From Anaerolineales bacterium (GTDB lineage: Bacteria; Chloroflexota; Anaerolineae; Anaerolineales; UBA11657): a stretch of DNA of 42,402 nucleotides. Both the position numbers and the translations under genes were made by a program. The notes beneath the pieces are model-generated. The model did not search any database and was not told the origin of the DNA. It saw nothing but the letters and a program-made list of their open reading frames with translations. The stretch is taken from assembly GCA_036011785.1 (NCBI GenBank), contig DASCOB010000034.1, positions 1 through 42,402 of the forward strand, written 5' to 3'. Shown in pieces: positions 25,868 through 38,083 of this stretch. Every line of letters starts with the position of its first letter. The stretch's first letter is position 1.

Positions 25868-27523
25868 ATGACGGAAACTCAGACTTCCAGCATTTTCACT
25901 GAACTGCAGCTGCAGATTGCCGCTTTCACGCCGACATTGTCACAGCAAGATGTGGGTTTCGTGCTCGAAGCCGGTGACGGCATCGCGCGCGTGTCCGGCC
26001 TTTCTGACACCCGTAACGCGGAGTTGGTTCAGTTCACCAATGGGTCTCTCGGCACGGTCTTCAACCTTGAGCAGGACGCTGTCGGTGTGATCATTATGGG
26101 CGATTACGAGGAAATTGACGAAGGCTCAGTGGTGCGCGCGACCGGCCGTATCGCCGCTGTGCCGGTGGGGCCGGCGCTTGTCGGGCGGGTTGTCAACGCG
26201 CTCGGCCATCCACTGGATGGGAAGGGGCCCATCGCCGCGACCGAGACCCGGCCGATTGAGCGCATTGCGCCTGGGGTGGTGCGGCGTCGAGACGTTGACC
26301 GGCCGTTGGAGACCGGACTGAAACCCATCGACTCGATGATACCGATAGGCAGGGGTCAACGTGAGCTAATTGTTGGCGACCGACAGACCGGTAAAACCGC
26401 GATTGCCCTTGACACTATTATCAATCAGAAGGGCAAGGATTGCATCTGCATCTACGTTGCCATTGGTCAGAAAAAAGCCGCCATGGCGCGCGCAGTGGCT
26501 ACGCTTGAGGAGCACGGCGCGATGGAACACACCGTCGTTGTGGTGGCCTCCGCCGATGACCCCGCCGCGCTGCAATTTATCGCGCCTTATGCGGGCTGCG
26601 CGATGGGAGAGTATTTCATGGAGGGCGGTCAGGACGCGCTGGCCGTCTATGATGACCTTTCTAAGCATGCCTGGGCATATCGGCAGGTGTCATTGTTGTT
26701 GCGGCGGCCACCCGGACGGGAGGCTTATCCCGGAGACGTGTTTTATCTGCACTCTCGATTGCTTGAGCGCGCCGTGCAGCTTGCGGATGAATTCGTTATT
26801 GTGGCCGCAGACGCCGGCGAGGAGGTCGAGACGGGCGTGGACGGCAAGGTGTATGGCGGACCGCTGGCAGAGCACGACGCCCGTGAGGCGCTTGCGGCCA
26901 CGGATGATGCCGACGGATTGACGCTGCGGCGGCTGCCGCGCTCGGGTGGCTCGCTGACAGCGTTGCCCATTATCGAAACTCTACTTGGTGACGTTTCCGC
27001 TTACATCCCCACAAATGTAATTTCAATCACCGACGGGCAGATTTATCTGGAAAATGACCTGTTTTATGCCGGCATTCGCCCGGCGGTAAATGTGGGCACT
27101 TCGGTGTCGCGTGTCGGTGGAGCAGCGCAGACCAAGTCGATGCGCCAGGTGGCGGGTCGGCTGCGCTTGGACATGGCCGCGTTCCGAGAACTGGCCGCGT
27201 TTGCACAGTTTGGCTCTGATCTGGACAAGGCCACGCAGTCGCAATTGGAACGTGGCAAGCGGCTGCAGGAAATCCTGAAGCAGGCACAGTATGCACCCAT
27301 GTCCCTTTCCGATCAGGTGATACTCCTTTACGCGGGTGTGAATGGCTACGCGGATGAGGTGCCGCTGGAACGCATGCATGAATGGGAAACCGCCATGCTG
27401 CGTTCGATGTCGGCTTCCCACCCCCACGTTGGGCAGGACATCGTGGAGCAGGGCCGAATCACCGCTGAAACCGAAGCGGAACTGAAGACTGCGCTGGACA
27501 CTATCAACCTAGCCTGGAACTGA
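25868..27523 (+). CDS. atpA: F1 ATP synthase subunit alpha
   Basis: [47 protein letters not shown] and [12 protein letters not shown]. Confidence 0.97.
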   Translation: MTETQTSSIFTELQLQIAAFTPTLSQQDVGFVLEAGDGIARVSGLSDTRNAELVQFTNGSLGTVFNLEQDAVGVIIMGDYEEIDEGSVVRATGRIAAVPVGPALVGRVVNALGHPLDGKGPIAATETRPIERIAPGVVRRRDVDRPLETGLKPIDSMIPIGRGQRELIVGDRQTGKTAIALDTIINQKGKDCICIYVAIGQKKAAMARAVATLEEHGAMEHTVVVVASADDPAALQFIAPYAGCAMGEYFMEGGQDALAVYDDLSKHAWAYRQVSLLLRRPPGREAYPGDVFYLHSRLLERAVQLADEFVIVAADAGEEVETGVDGKVYGGPLAEHDAREALAATDDADGLTLRRLPRSGGSLTALPIIETLLGDVSAYIPTNVISITDGQIYLENDLFYAGIRPAVNVGTSVSRVGGAAQTKSMRQVAGRLRLDMAAFRELAAFAQFGSDLDKATQSQLERGKRLQEILKQAQYAPMSLSDQVILLYAGVNGYADEVPLERMHEWETAMLRSMSASHPHVGQDIVEQGRITAETEAELKTALDTINLAWN

Positions 27524-27526
27524 TCT

Positions 27527-29862
<2,336 letters not shown>

Positions 29863-29871
29863 ATCTGGAAA

Positions 29872-30324
29872 ATGCCTATCCTCTGTGAAATCGTGACGCA
29901 AGAAAAACTGGTTTATTCTGACCAGGTGGATATGGTGGTGTTGGATGGAGAAGAAGGCCGCATGGGCATCCTCCCCAACCACTCGCCGCTGCTCACGACT
30001 TTGCAGGTTAGCGAGATACGGGTCAAAAAAGGTCAGCAGGAGGAGACCTTCGCGGTGGGCGGCGGCGTCTTGGATGTGCGGCCAGACTGCGTGACCGTGC
30101 TGGCTGATGTGGCTGAACATGCTGACGAAATCGATCTGGTTCGGGCGCAGGCCGCGAGCGAGCGAGCTGTTGCCTTCCTGGATGAGGGTGGCCCACGGAC
30201 TCCGGTGGCGCCGGAGGTGCGTCATGACATCACCCTCGCGCTTGAGCGCGCTAACGTGCGTTTGCGCGTCGGGCATAAGCGCCGCGATAAACCTGGGTTT
30301 TCCGGCTCGGACGACGCCGAGTAG
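29872..30324 (+). CDS. atpC: F1 ATP synthase subunit epsilon
   Basis: EIVTQEK, GRMGILPNHSP, AVGGGVLDV and VTVLADVAEHADEID. Confidence 0.93.
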   Translation: MPILCEIVTQEKLVYSDQVDMVVLDGEEGRMGILPNHSPLLTTLQVSEIRVKKGQQEETFAVGGGVLDVRPDCVTVLADVAEHADEIDLVRAQAASERAVAFLDEGGPRTPVAPEVRHDITLALERANVRLRVGHKRRDKPGFSGSDDAE

Positions 30325-30366
30325 TGCCCTCCATCTTTCCGGCGGGCCGCCACTGACAACCAACAA

Positions 30367-31374
30367 ATGGCTCTTTTTGGCAAAGATGTCGGCATAGATT
30401 TGGGGACGGTCAACGTGCTCGTGTACGAGGGTGGCGATATCGTGCTGCACGAGCCCTGCGTGGTCGCCATTCGCGTCGATGAGCAAAAGATTGTCTCCAT
30501 CGGGCAGGAAGCGCGTGAGATGTACGGGCGCTCACCCGAGAGCATCGAAGTGATGCGCCCCATTCAAGATGGCGTTATCGCGGACTATGAAGTGACCGAG
30601 CGGATGTTGTACTACTTCCTCACCAAGGTTTGTGGGCAACTGCGCTTTTTTAAACCGCGCGTGATGTTGAGCGTGCCGTACGGAGCAACCAGCGTTGAGA
30701 GCCGAGCCGTACATGAAGCCGCAAAGGAGGCCGGGAGTCGGGCGGCCTATCTTATCCATGAGCCGCTGGCTGCTGCCATCGGGGCCGGGCTGCCGGTGGG
30801 CACTCCGGCTGGGAATATGGTTCTGGATATTGGCGGCGGCGCCACTGAGGCCGCAATCGTTGCGCTTTATGGGATTGTCACCGCTCATTCCGCGCGCGTC
30901 GGCGGCATCTCTCTCGATCAGGCCATCACCACTTATGTGCGCAAGAAATACGGTATCGTCATCGGTGAGATGACCGCCGAGGAAATCAAGATTCGGATTG
31001 GCTCGGCACTTCCCATGGAAGAAGAGTTGGCAGTGGAAATCCAGGGGCGCGACCATGTGACCGGGCTCCCGCGCGACGCCACCATCACCTCCGGCGAGGT
31101 CACCGAGGCAATCGAGGAACCGCTGCAGGCGATAATCGCGGTGGCGAAAGCGGTGCTGGAGAAGACACCGCCTGAACTTGCGTCGGATGCCATCGACCGC
31201 GGAATAGTTCTGTGCGGAGGCGGCGCACACCTGCGCGGGATTGATGAGCGTATTTCCAAATCAATCGGGGTGCCAGCATACCTTGCGGATAATCCGGTGG
31301 GCTGCGTGGCGGTGGGCGCGGGCCGGGCGCTAGAGATGTACGATATTATCAGACCCAATCTCCCTCGGGTCTAA
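30367..31374 (+). CDS. mreB: Rod shape-determining actin-like protein MreB/Mbl
   Basis: [46 protein letters not shown] and GIVLCGGGA. Confidence 0.93.
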   Translation: MALFGKDVGIDLGTVNVLVYEGGDIVLHEPCVVAIRVDEQKIVSIGQEAREMYGRSPESIEVMRPIQDGVIADYEVTERMLYYFLTKVCGQLRFFKPRVMLSVPYGATSVESRAVHEAAKEAGSRAAYLIHEPLAAAIGAGLPVGTPAGNMVLDIGGGATEAAIVALYGIVTAHSARVGGISLDQAITTYVRKKYGIVIGEMTAEEIKIRIGSALPMEEELAVEIQGRDHVTGLPRDATITSGEVTEAIEEPLQAIIAVAKAVLEKTPPELASDAIDRGIVLCGGGAHLRGIDERISKSIGVPAYLADNPVGCVAVGAGRALEMYDIIRPNLPRV

Positions 31375-32031
31375 TGCTGAAATTATGGGATTCAGGGCTT
31401 GCGTCGGCTTCGGCGCGATGTAATATGTCATGTGCTGCAGCGCGACCACCGGGTCGAGGTGTTGCACATACACATGGGGCGGCACGATCACGTTTATCGG
31501 CGCGTAATTCAGGATTGCCTCCACGCCCGCTTCGACAAGCCTTTCCGCCACTCGCTGAGCGTTTTCCGCTGGTATCGCCAACATCGTTACTCTGATTCCC
31601 ATTTGCTGGATAGTGCTGGTCATCCGCTCGGCCGGAATTACGTCAAGTTGACTGATTTTGCAACCGATTTTGTTAGGGTCATTGTCAAAGACCGCGGTGA
31701 TGCGGAAGCCACTCCCTCGGAAACCGTCATAACGCAGAATGGCCTTACCTACCGCCCCGGCGCCAATTAACGCCACATCCCATTCCTGCTTTACACCGAG
31801 GATGCGCCGCAGCTGCTCGCGCAGGTATTCGATGTTGTAGCCCGTACCCTGCTTCCCGAATTCGCCGAAATGAGAGAGATCCTTGCGAATCTGCGCCGGG
31901 CTGATGCCGAGATGCTCGCCCATCTCGTACGATGAAGTCACCTCCTGACCGCCTCTGGCGATGTGCGCGAGCGTGCGCAAGTAAATCGGCAGCCTTCCGA
32001 CAACGATATCGGGAATATTTGAAGGTGCCAT
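31330..32031 (-). CDS. rex: Redox-sensing transcriptional repressor Rex
   Basis: [50 protein letters not shown] and AILNYAP. Confidence 0.95.
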   Translation of the reverse strand: MAPSNIPDIVVGRLPIYLRTLAHIARGGQEVTSSYEMGEHLGISPAQIRKDLSHFGEFGKQGTGYNIEYLREQLRRILGVKQEWDVALIGAGAVGKAILRYDGFRGSGFRITAVFDNDPNKIGCKISQLDVIPAERMTSTIQQMGIRVTMLAIPAENAQRVAERLVEAGVEAILNYAPINVIVPPHVYVQHLDPVVALQHMTYYIAPKPTQALNPIISALDPREIGSDNIVHL

Positions 32032-32059
32032 GACAGTGTTCGCGTTGCCAATTTTCTAA

Positions 32060-32109
32060 TTGTGATTTGTTGCGCAGACAACTTTAGCACTGATTGATGA
32101 TGAGCACAA
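32060..32109 (-). promoter_or_regulatory. rex promoter with a weak Rex-like operator
   Basis: Minus strand TTGTGC (32109-04), 17 bp, TAAAGT (32086-81) with a TG extension. The Rex-like TTGTGATTTGTTGCGCAG at 32060-77 has 4 mismatches. Confidence 0.45.
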
Positions 32110-32111
32110 GA

Positions 32112-33428
32112 CTAGATTGGGCGCGGCTGCTGTTGCCGCTCCCACAGCCACAATGCTCCCCGAGCCGCCAATATGGCGAGGCAGAAAGCAAAAGGCGTGC
32201 GCGCACGAGTGTCCATGCCCGATCCGGAACCGGAAAACAGAGGGATGACGCTGAAATAAATGATTGGAATCAATGTCGATGTCAGGAGAATATGCTCGCG
32301 GTTTAGCCATGCCCAGATTATCCCGCACAGCGAAAGTACGTAAAACGCCAGATTGAACAGCATTTCCATCAAGTGTATCGAGTCCAACGGGGAAAGGTAA
32401 TTGGTGTATGCATACATTTTCACCAGCGGAAGCGGCGCGGTAGCGAAATACGCGAATGGGTGTTCGCGGAAGACCTCCAGCGCCATACGCGTGACCTCGA
32501 CGTTCACCTGCGGGTCATCCGCCACCAGGAACTTCCATTTTGAGGAGTAGTCATAATGCTCGCGAGACTGAGCTCTGCCGAGGCGGCGGTCGAGCTCATA
32601 GGCGAACTGCGCCTCCAATTCCTGCGGGGATTCCCCGGTGGCCCAGTGCTTTACCGACACAGCGCCGTAAAATAGTAGATCAAAGTTTCCCACAGTGGAG
32701 AAGGTGAAGACGTTGTGATAGACCTGGTTGCGCACATACCAGGGTAACACGCCTACGACGAACACTGCCGTGAAGACGGCGACGCGGGGCAGAAAGCGCG
32801 GGACAAAGCGAATAATTATGATCACGATCGGAACCCACAGGTAGATGGAAGTCGGGCGGGCCAGAGTAGCCAGAGCAATGCAGCCGCCGGTGGCAGCAGC
32901 GTCTTTCAACTCGCCGCTGCGGAGCAATCGCACGGCAAACAGCGTTCCCGCTGCCACGAACAAGTTGGAAAGCGTCTCTGCCATCAGGGTCAGACCGATA
33001 ATCACGGAGGCTGGGTCCAAAGCGACCAGCAGACCAGCCCACAACTGCACTAATCTGGGCGTGCGCAGTTCGTGGGCCACGAAGAACGCCAGTGCGCCCA
33101 CTCCGGCACCAACGAAGGTCTGGGCGAAGGCCGCGACCAGCGGGCTGGCGCTTCCGACGAGCCCGTAGATAAAGGCAATGAACATGGGCTGCAGCGGCGG
33201 CCGGTACGAGAAAAGTTCTTGGGAGAAACCGTTGCCCGCAAGCAGCTGCCGCGCCAGCACTTCATACGTGTTGGCTTCGTCAGCAATCGGCGAGAAGTGC
33301 AGGCCGCCGCTCCCAGTATAGACGTGGTAGAAGTAATAATACGTCAGCCAGCGTGCCAGCAGGCCCGTGACAAGTATCAGCAGCAGAGGATGCCACTTCC
33401 CGAGCAGAGCGGTCTTAAGCTGTGGCAT
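32112..33428 (-). CDS. GT-C membrane glycosyltransferase (ArnT/PMT_2-like)
   Basis: DEANTY in the first loop, YRPPLQP, LMAETL, LATLARP, PWYVRN and TRARTP, with many TM helices. Confidence 0.8.
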   Translation of the reverse strand: MPQLKTALLGKWHPLLLILVTGLLARWLTYYYFYHVYTGSGGLHFSPIADEANTYEVLARQLLAGNGFSQELFSYRPPLQPMFIAFIYGLVGSASPLVAAFAQTFVGAGVGALAFFVAHELRTPRLVQLWAGLLVALDPASVIIGLTLMAETLSNLFVAAGTLFAVRLLRSGELKDAAATGGCIALATLARPTSIYLWVPIVIIIIRFVPRFLPRVAVFTAVFVVGVLPWYVRNQVYHNVFTFSTVGNFDLLFYGAVSVKHWATGESPQELEAQFAYELDRRLGRAQSREHYDYSSKWKFLVADDPQVNVEVTRMALEVFREHPFAYFATAPLPLVKMYAYTNYLSPLDSIHLMEMLFNLAFYVLSLCGIIWAWLNREHILLTSTLIPIIYFSVIPLFSGSGSGMDTRARTPFAFCLAILAARGALWLWERQQQPRPI

Positions 33429-33464
33429 GCACTTTTATTCTGTGGCTGGATGATGCTTCCGCGT

Positions 33465-34202
33465 TCATGGGTTTCGGAAATACAACCGACCCACTGTGGC
33501 AAGGTACTTACGGCCTCTGAGCAGATAATCGAAAAGATTCAACCCGGTTTTGCTTTCTCCGCCGGCGCGGGGCACGCAGATGTAGGGTACTTCCACCGCG
33601 TGGTATCCGGCACGCAGCGCTCGGCAGAGGAAGTCAATGCAATACTCTCCGTAGTCCCCGCGTAGACGTATCCGCTGCAGTACTTCGGCTCTTGCCGCGA
33701 CGAAACCACTGGTGTAGTCGCGCAGCTGGCTGCCGAGCAGCAGCCGTGCTAGCTCGTTAATCAGCCTGCTCAGGGTGCGCGCCATCAATCCGTGGGCGGC
33801 ATCGGCCCCGCCGCTGACCCAGCGCGATCCCACGCTCACGTCGGCGCGTTGCTGCATCAGTGGCATCAATAGCGCGTGAACATCCTCTGGCGGCATAGAG
33901 TGATCACAATCCATCCAGCTCACCAATTCAGCTTGATATGTGTTCAGGGCGGCGTCAATTCCGCACTGGATGGCGCTGGTGAGCCCTTTCTCGTTCCGGC
34001 GTTGAATCAGCGCCACGCGCAATTGACCGCTGCGATTGTGGCGCAGCGCCAGCGCGCCTACTGTCTGCGCGGTGCCGTCCGAGGATGCGTCATCCACCAC
34101 CAGCGCCATGTGGGTGTCGCTCGTGGCTGCCAACAGGCGCTCGATGAGCGCCGCGATGTTCTCGCTCTCATTGTACGTGGGCAGCACCGTGCAAACGCGC
34201 AT
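33465..34202 (-). CDS. Polyprenol-phosphate glycosyltransferase (DPM1/Ppm1-like GT2)
   Basis: VLPTYNESENI, VVDDASSDGT, KGLTSAIQCG, WMDCDHSMPP, VGSRWVSGG, DYTSGF and EVPY...RAGGESK. Confidence 0.9.
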   Translation of the reverse strand: MRVCTVLPTYNESENIAALIERLLAATSDTHMALVVDDASSDGTAQTVGALALRHNRSGQLRVALIQRRNEKGLTSAIQCGIDAALNTYQAELVSWMDCDHSMPPEDVHALLMPLMQQRADVSVGSRWVSGGADAAHGLMARTLSRLINELARLLLGSQLRDYTSGFVAARAEVLQRIRLRGDYGEYCIDFLCRALRAGYHAVEVPYICVPRAGGESKTGLNLFDYLLRGRKYLATVGRLYFRNP

Positions 34203-34205
34203 TGG

Positions 34206-34961
34206 TTAATCAGCCGTCTTTCGGGCGAGTGCATACAGGCTCAATCCTGCCGGGAACCCGACCGAGCGCAGCATGGCTGCCTCAGCGCGGAGCACAGCGG
34301 TGAGCGCCACGGCGAGCGCCCGCGCTGGCGAGAGTTGGGCATCGACGGAGGCCAGACGCACCAAGACTGCCACGCGCATCGCAATTGCCGGCAGCAGCAT
34401 CAGCAGGTTTGCGTGCGTCAGTCTCTCAATCGCAAAACCCGCCTTGTGGAGCGCGGCGCGAATCTCCTTTGCACTGTAGCGGCGTCCCGTCCCGAAGGCG
34501 CGGTCGTGTTCCCCGCGCAGCCAGGCGTACGCGCTCACCCGCAGTGCCATAACGCCGCCAAAAATCAGCACGCGTCGGCTTTCATCCAAAGCAGTCTGCA
34601 AGCACACGCCTTTTTGGTCAAATGCGTCCAACCCTACCACGATGGCGAGAGAGCGATCGGAAAACGGCAAGTTGTGCAAATCCGCCTGCGCCAGCGAAAG
34701 TCGTCCGGAGCCGGAAGCCCGCCCGGCTGCCAGCGCTGCCGGGTTTCTATCGACGCCGAGGGTAGTGTACCTAGGGTTCTTTTCCGCGAGCTCACGTAAG
34801 AATGTACAGCCGCCACAACCCACTTCCAGCAGCGGGCCATTGGGGAGTACGCTGCTTTCCAGAATGGCGTGACTGACCGCGCGCATGCCCACGCTCCACC
34901 AGTGGTGGCTCTCGGATGCGTATAACCTGTCGAGCAACCGGGCTGGTGCAGGGGCGTTCAC
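34206..34961 (-). CDS. Class I SAM-dependent methyltransferase
   Basis: ESHHWW N-terminus, LLEVGCGG, ADLHNLPF, HDRAFGTGRRYS and FPAGLSL. Confidence 0.82.
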   Translation of the reverse strand: MNAPAPARLLDRLYASESHHWWSVGMRAVSHAILESSVLPNGPLLEVGCGGCTFLRELAEKNPRYTTLGVDRNPAALAAGRASGSGRLSLAQADLHNLPFSDRSLAIVVGLDAFDQKGVCLQTALDESRRVLIFGGVMALRVSAYAWLRGEHDRAFGTGRRYSAKEIRAALHKAGFAIERLTHANLLMLLPAIAMRVAVLVRLASVDAQLSPARALAVALTAVLRAEAAMLRSVGFPAGLSLYALARKTAD

Positions 34962-34975
34962 AAGGATGGACGCGC

Positions 34976-36109
34976 CTACAACAACGTCTCACGTACGGCG
35001 GCGCAAACTTGTTCCAGCTGCGCTTCGCTCAGGCCGAGGCCGGAGGGGAGATACAGCCCCTGTCGGGCAAGATGGTCGGCGACTGGGTACGTTTCGTCCT
35101 TGAAGAGACCGCGTTGCTGCATGACTGGCTGCGCGTGCATGCCTAGGAAAAACGGGCGCGTGTCCACACCGCGCTCCCGCAATCGCGCCGCGAATTCGCG
35201 CGCACTCAGTTCGTGCTCGCGGGCAAGAACCACGCCGTACATCCAATACACTTGACGGGCCCAGGCCCGCTCGATCGGCAGCTGCAAGCCGGGGACGCCG
35301 GCCAACCGTTCAGTGTAGGCCTTCCCCATCCAACGCTTGCGAGCCACGGTTTCATCCATGCGTTCGGTTTGCGCCAGCCCGAGTGCGGCCTGCAGGTTGG
35401 TCAACCGAAAATTGTGTCCGAGTTTTTCGTGGTGGAAACGTCGTTCGGGCTGGAAGCACAAGTTGCGCAGGCTGCGGGCGCTGGCGGCCAGCGCTGCGTC
35501 ATCGCACAGCAGCATGCCGCCCTCGCCAGTGGTGACCAGTTTGTTGGCGTAGAAGCTGAACACGCTGAGCGTGCCCATGCTGCCGCAGCGCACCCATCCA
35601 GCTTGCTCGCCCGCGCGGCCGCTTTGATACTGCGCTCCGTGCGCTTCGGCGGCGTCCTCGATGATGGTCAAGTCGTGCTCGTCGGCCAGTACCAGCAGCG
35701 CGTCCATATCGACCGGGTGTCCGTAAATGTGCACGGGCATAATGGCGCGCGTGCGCGCGGTGATTCGCGCCGCCACCTGACTGGCGTCCATGCACCAGGT
35801 CTCGGGGTCGGCATCCACCAGCACCGGAACGCCGCCGTTGTACAAAACCGCGAGCGCGCACGAGATGATGGTGAAGGTCGGCATGATGACTTCGTCGCCA
35901 GCCTCCAGGTTTAGGCAAGCGACCGCGGTCTGCAGCGCGGTGGTGCCGCTGCTGGTTGCTACGCCGTGCTGCCGGCCGCAGTATTCAGCCCAACTGGATT
36001 CGAACGCATGGATGTATTTGCCCGCCGAGGAAATCCAGCCGCTCTGCAGGCATTCGAGTACGTAATCGTGCTCACGCGCACCGATTTTCGGCTCGTTGAC
36101 CGGAATCAT
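34976..36109 (-). CDS. DegT/DnrJ/EryC1/StrS PLP-dependent NDP-sugar aminotransferase (perosamine synthase-like)
   Basis: MIPVNEP, GWISSAG, SSGTTAL, PVHIYGHP, IEDAAEAHGA, SFYANKLVTTGEGG and GLYLPSG. Confidence 0.92.
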   Translation of the reverse strand: MIPVNEPKIGAREHDYVLECLQSGWISSAGKYIHAFESSWAEYCGRQHGVATSSGTTALQTAVACLNLEAGDEVIMPTFTIISCALAVLYNGGVPVLVDADPETWCMDASQVAARITARTRAIMPVHIYGHPVDMDALLVLADEHDLTIIEDAAEAHGAQYQSGRAGEQAGWVRCGSMGTLSVFSFYANKLVTTGEGGMLLCDDAALAASARSLRNLCFQPERRFHHEKLGHNFRLTNLQAALGLAQTERMDETVARKRWMGKAYTERLAGVPGLQLPIERAWARQVYWMYGVVLAREHELSAREFAARLRERGVDTRPFFLGMHAQPVMQQRGLFKDETYPVADHLARQGLYLPSGLGLSEAQLEQVCAAVRETLL

Positions 36110-36118
36110 TTCCGTATG

Positions 36119-36526
36119 CTAAAAGCGTTGTTTTTCCTCGATGCCGATGTAAGGCCCCTGCTTGATCTCCAGCAGCACGGTGTCTTCTAGCATGCGGAAA
36201 CCATGTCCGCCCGCGACCATCACCATCACGTCGCCGGGGGTCATCTGAAGCGTCTCGACCAGTCGTTGCTCGGAGTCGAAAATATCGATTTCGCAGCGCC
36301 CTTTGCGCACCACCAACACCTCGGAGGTGTTGGAAATGTGCCGGTCAATGGTGCGGTGGAAATGGCTCTGTATCTCATCGCCCTGCGGATGCACTACGAA
36401 GCCGACCTGAAAGTTGTGTTCCGGGGGTGTGATGAAAGAGGTGATGTCAGTGGTGAACTCCACGCGGACGATGTAGGCGAGCAAGGCCCCGTCTTGCGCG
36501 CACACATAATGAATGAACTCAGGCAT
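36119..36526 (-). CDS. Cupin-fold protein of the type found in NDP-sugar clusters (WbuC-like)
   Basis: IQSHFH...SEVLVVRKG...GGHGFRMLEDT.LLEIKQGPY. Confidence 0.72.
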   Translation of the reverse strand: MPEFIHYVCAQDGALLAYIVRVEFTTDITSFITPPEHNFQVGFVVHPQGDEIQSHFHRTIDRHISNTSEVLVVRKGRCEIDIFDSEQRLVETLQMTPGDVMVMVAGGHGFRMLEDTVLLEIKQGPYIGIEEKQRF

Positions 36527-36600
36527 GTTCTCTTCCTTCGGCTCTGGCGCGCGTCGCCGGGCTGCTCCGGCCCTAGCGCACGGCCAGCGAGCACGGCAAA

Positions 36601-36609
36601 ATGATAGCA
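36601..36609 (-). promoter_or_regulatory. Extended -10 promoter (TGCTATCAT) for the cupin-to-GT-C cassette
   Basis: Minus-strand TGnTAnnnT ~75 nt upstream of ATG 36526, divergent from the obgE promoter. Confidence 0.45.
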
Positions 36610-36650
36610 GACTCGGAAGCGTGCGGCAAGCGTTCTGCGCTCCGCCCGGG

Positions 36651-36659
36651 TGTTATAAT
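36651..36659 (+). promoter_or_regulatory. Extended -10 promoter (TGTTATAAT) for obgE, very short leader
   Basis: Perfect TGnTATAAT with 10 nt to ATG 36670 and no SD. Confidence 0.65.
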
Positions 36660-36669
36660 CGCGCTCTAA

Positions 36670-37950
36670 ATGGCACAGAATGAACTGAGTTTCATTGACG
36701 AGGCCCACATTTACGTGCGGGCCGGCGCGGGTGGCAATGGCGTCATGCACTTCCGGCGTGAGAAGCATGTCCCGTTGGGTGGCCCTGATGGCGGCGACGG
36801 CGGCGACGGCGGCGCAGTGTTTCTGGTGGTTGATGGTGGGATGAACACCTTGATGCCGTTTCAGCGCCGCCGTAATTTCCGCGCGCAGAATGGCCACAAC
36901 GGGGGCGGAAATAACAAGACCGGCCGCAGCGGTGTAGACCTAGAAATCGCTGTGCCGCCCGGTACGGTTGCGCGCGAACCCGATGGCGGCGCGCTGCTGG
37001 GGGACCTGATCGAGGCAGGGCAGCGCATGCAGGTGGCGAGAAGCGGCAAGGGTGGTCGCGGAAATGCGCGCTTCGCCACTTCGCGCAACCGCGCGCCGCG
37101 CGTGGCTGAAAAAGGCGAGCCGGGCGAGACCCGCGGCCTGTCCCTTGAGCTGCGCCTGATTGCTGATGTCGGCATCGTCGGAATGCCGAATGCAGGCAAA
37201 TCCACTTTTCTCGCAGCGGTCAGCGCTGCGCGGCCAAAAATAGCTGATTACCCATTCACCACGCTGGTGCCAAACCTGGGCGTGGCCGACCTCGGTGACT
37301 ATCGTACGTTGGTGCTGGCCGACATACCCGGCCTGATTGAAGGCGCCCACGCCGGGGTGGGGCTGGGTGCTGCGTTTCTGCGCCACGTGCAGCGCACGCG
37401 CGTGCTCATCCATTTGCTCGATGGGCTCTCCGAACAGCCACTGGCCGATTACAGTCAGATCCAGTCAGAACTGGCGCTCTTTGATTCACAGCTTGCCGCA
37501 AAACCGCAACTAGTTGCGCTGAACAAAACTGACTTGCCGGAAGTTGCCGTGCGGCTGCCCACAATACGGGCGCAGTTTTCCGAGCGTGGGCACGCGCTGA
37601 GCGCTGTGTCGGCGATTGCCGGCCGGGGAGTGCGCCAGCTGCTGCAGCAGGCTGCGGAGATGCTCGCGGCAATGCCGTTCGAGACCTCACCGGAAGAGAT
37701 GCCCGTGTATCGACCGCCGAAAGACGCTGTCGATTTTGAAATCACGCGGGAGCCGGACGGAGGTTTGCGGATTTCGGGTGAGCGCATCGAGCGAGCCGCC
37801 CAGATGACATACTGGGAATACGACGATGCAGTACTCCGTTTTCAGCGCATTCTGGAGGGGCTTGGAGTGCGTTCGGCTCTGGAGCAACAAGGGGTGTGTG
37901 AGGGTGATACAGTGCGCATAGGCAAACATGAACTCGAGTGGGTTGAGTGA
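36670..37950 (+). CDS. obgE: GTPase ObgE/CgtA with C-terminal OCT (DUF1967) domain
   Basis: FRREKHVPLGGPDGGDGG, ADVGIVGMPNAGKST, ADYPFTTLVPNLG, DIPGLIEGA, NKTD and GDTVRIG. Confidence 0.97.
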   Translation: MAQNELSFIDEAHIYVRAGAGGNGVMHFRREKHVPLGGPDGGDGGDGGAVFLVVDGGMNTLMPFQRRRNFRAQNGHNGGGNNKTGRSGVDLEIAVPPGTVAREPDGGALLGDLIEAGQRMQVARSGKGGRGNARFATSRNRAPRVAEKGEPGETRGLSLELRLIADVGIVGMPNAGKSTFLAAVSAARPKIADYPFTTLVPNLGVADLGDYRTLVLADIPGLIEGAHAGVGLGAAFLRHVQRTRVLIHLLDGLSEQPLADYSQIQSELALFDSQLAAKPQLVALNKTDLPEVAVRLPTIRAQFSERGHALSAVSAIAGRGVRQLLQQAAEMLAAMPFETSPEEMPVYRPPKDAVDFEITREPDGGLRISGERIERAAQMTYWEYDDAVLRFQRILEGLGVRSALEQQGVCEGDTVRIGKHELEWVE

Positions 37951-37992
37951 ACCCCGGCGCTTTCTGCGCATTATACGACCAGCACCGTGTTG

Positions 37993-38045
37993 GGATGCGC
38001 GCCGCCGAGCGCGGCTGAGAATTATGCCCGCTCTGGCGTGCATCC
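37993..38045. repeat. Long imperfect hairpin between obgE and the MFS gene
   Basis: Outer arms ggatgcgcgcc / ggcgtgcatcc and inner arms gagcg(c)ggc / gcccgctc around a tgagaattat loop. Confidence 0.55.
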
Positions 38046-38083
38046 TGAGCGAGCGAGTGGAAACTGAGGGCCGAAATTAACCT

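Noticed and set aside
26792-26944. AtpA insertion as an intein or intron
   Set aside because: Too short, lacks C/S...HN splice termini, and the frame stays open.
33876-35914. 307-aa and 233-aa plus-strand ORFs
   Set aside because: Antisense shadows of the GT2, methyltransferase and aminotransferase genes.
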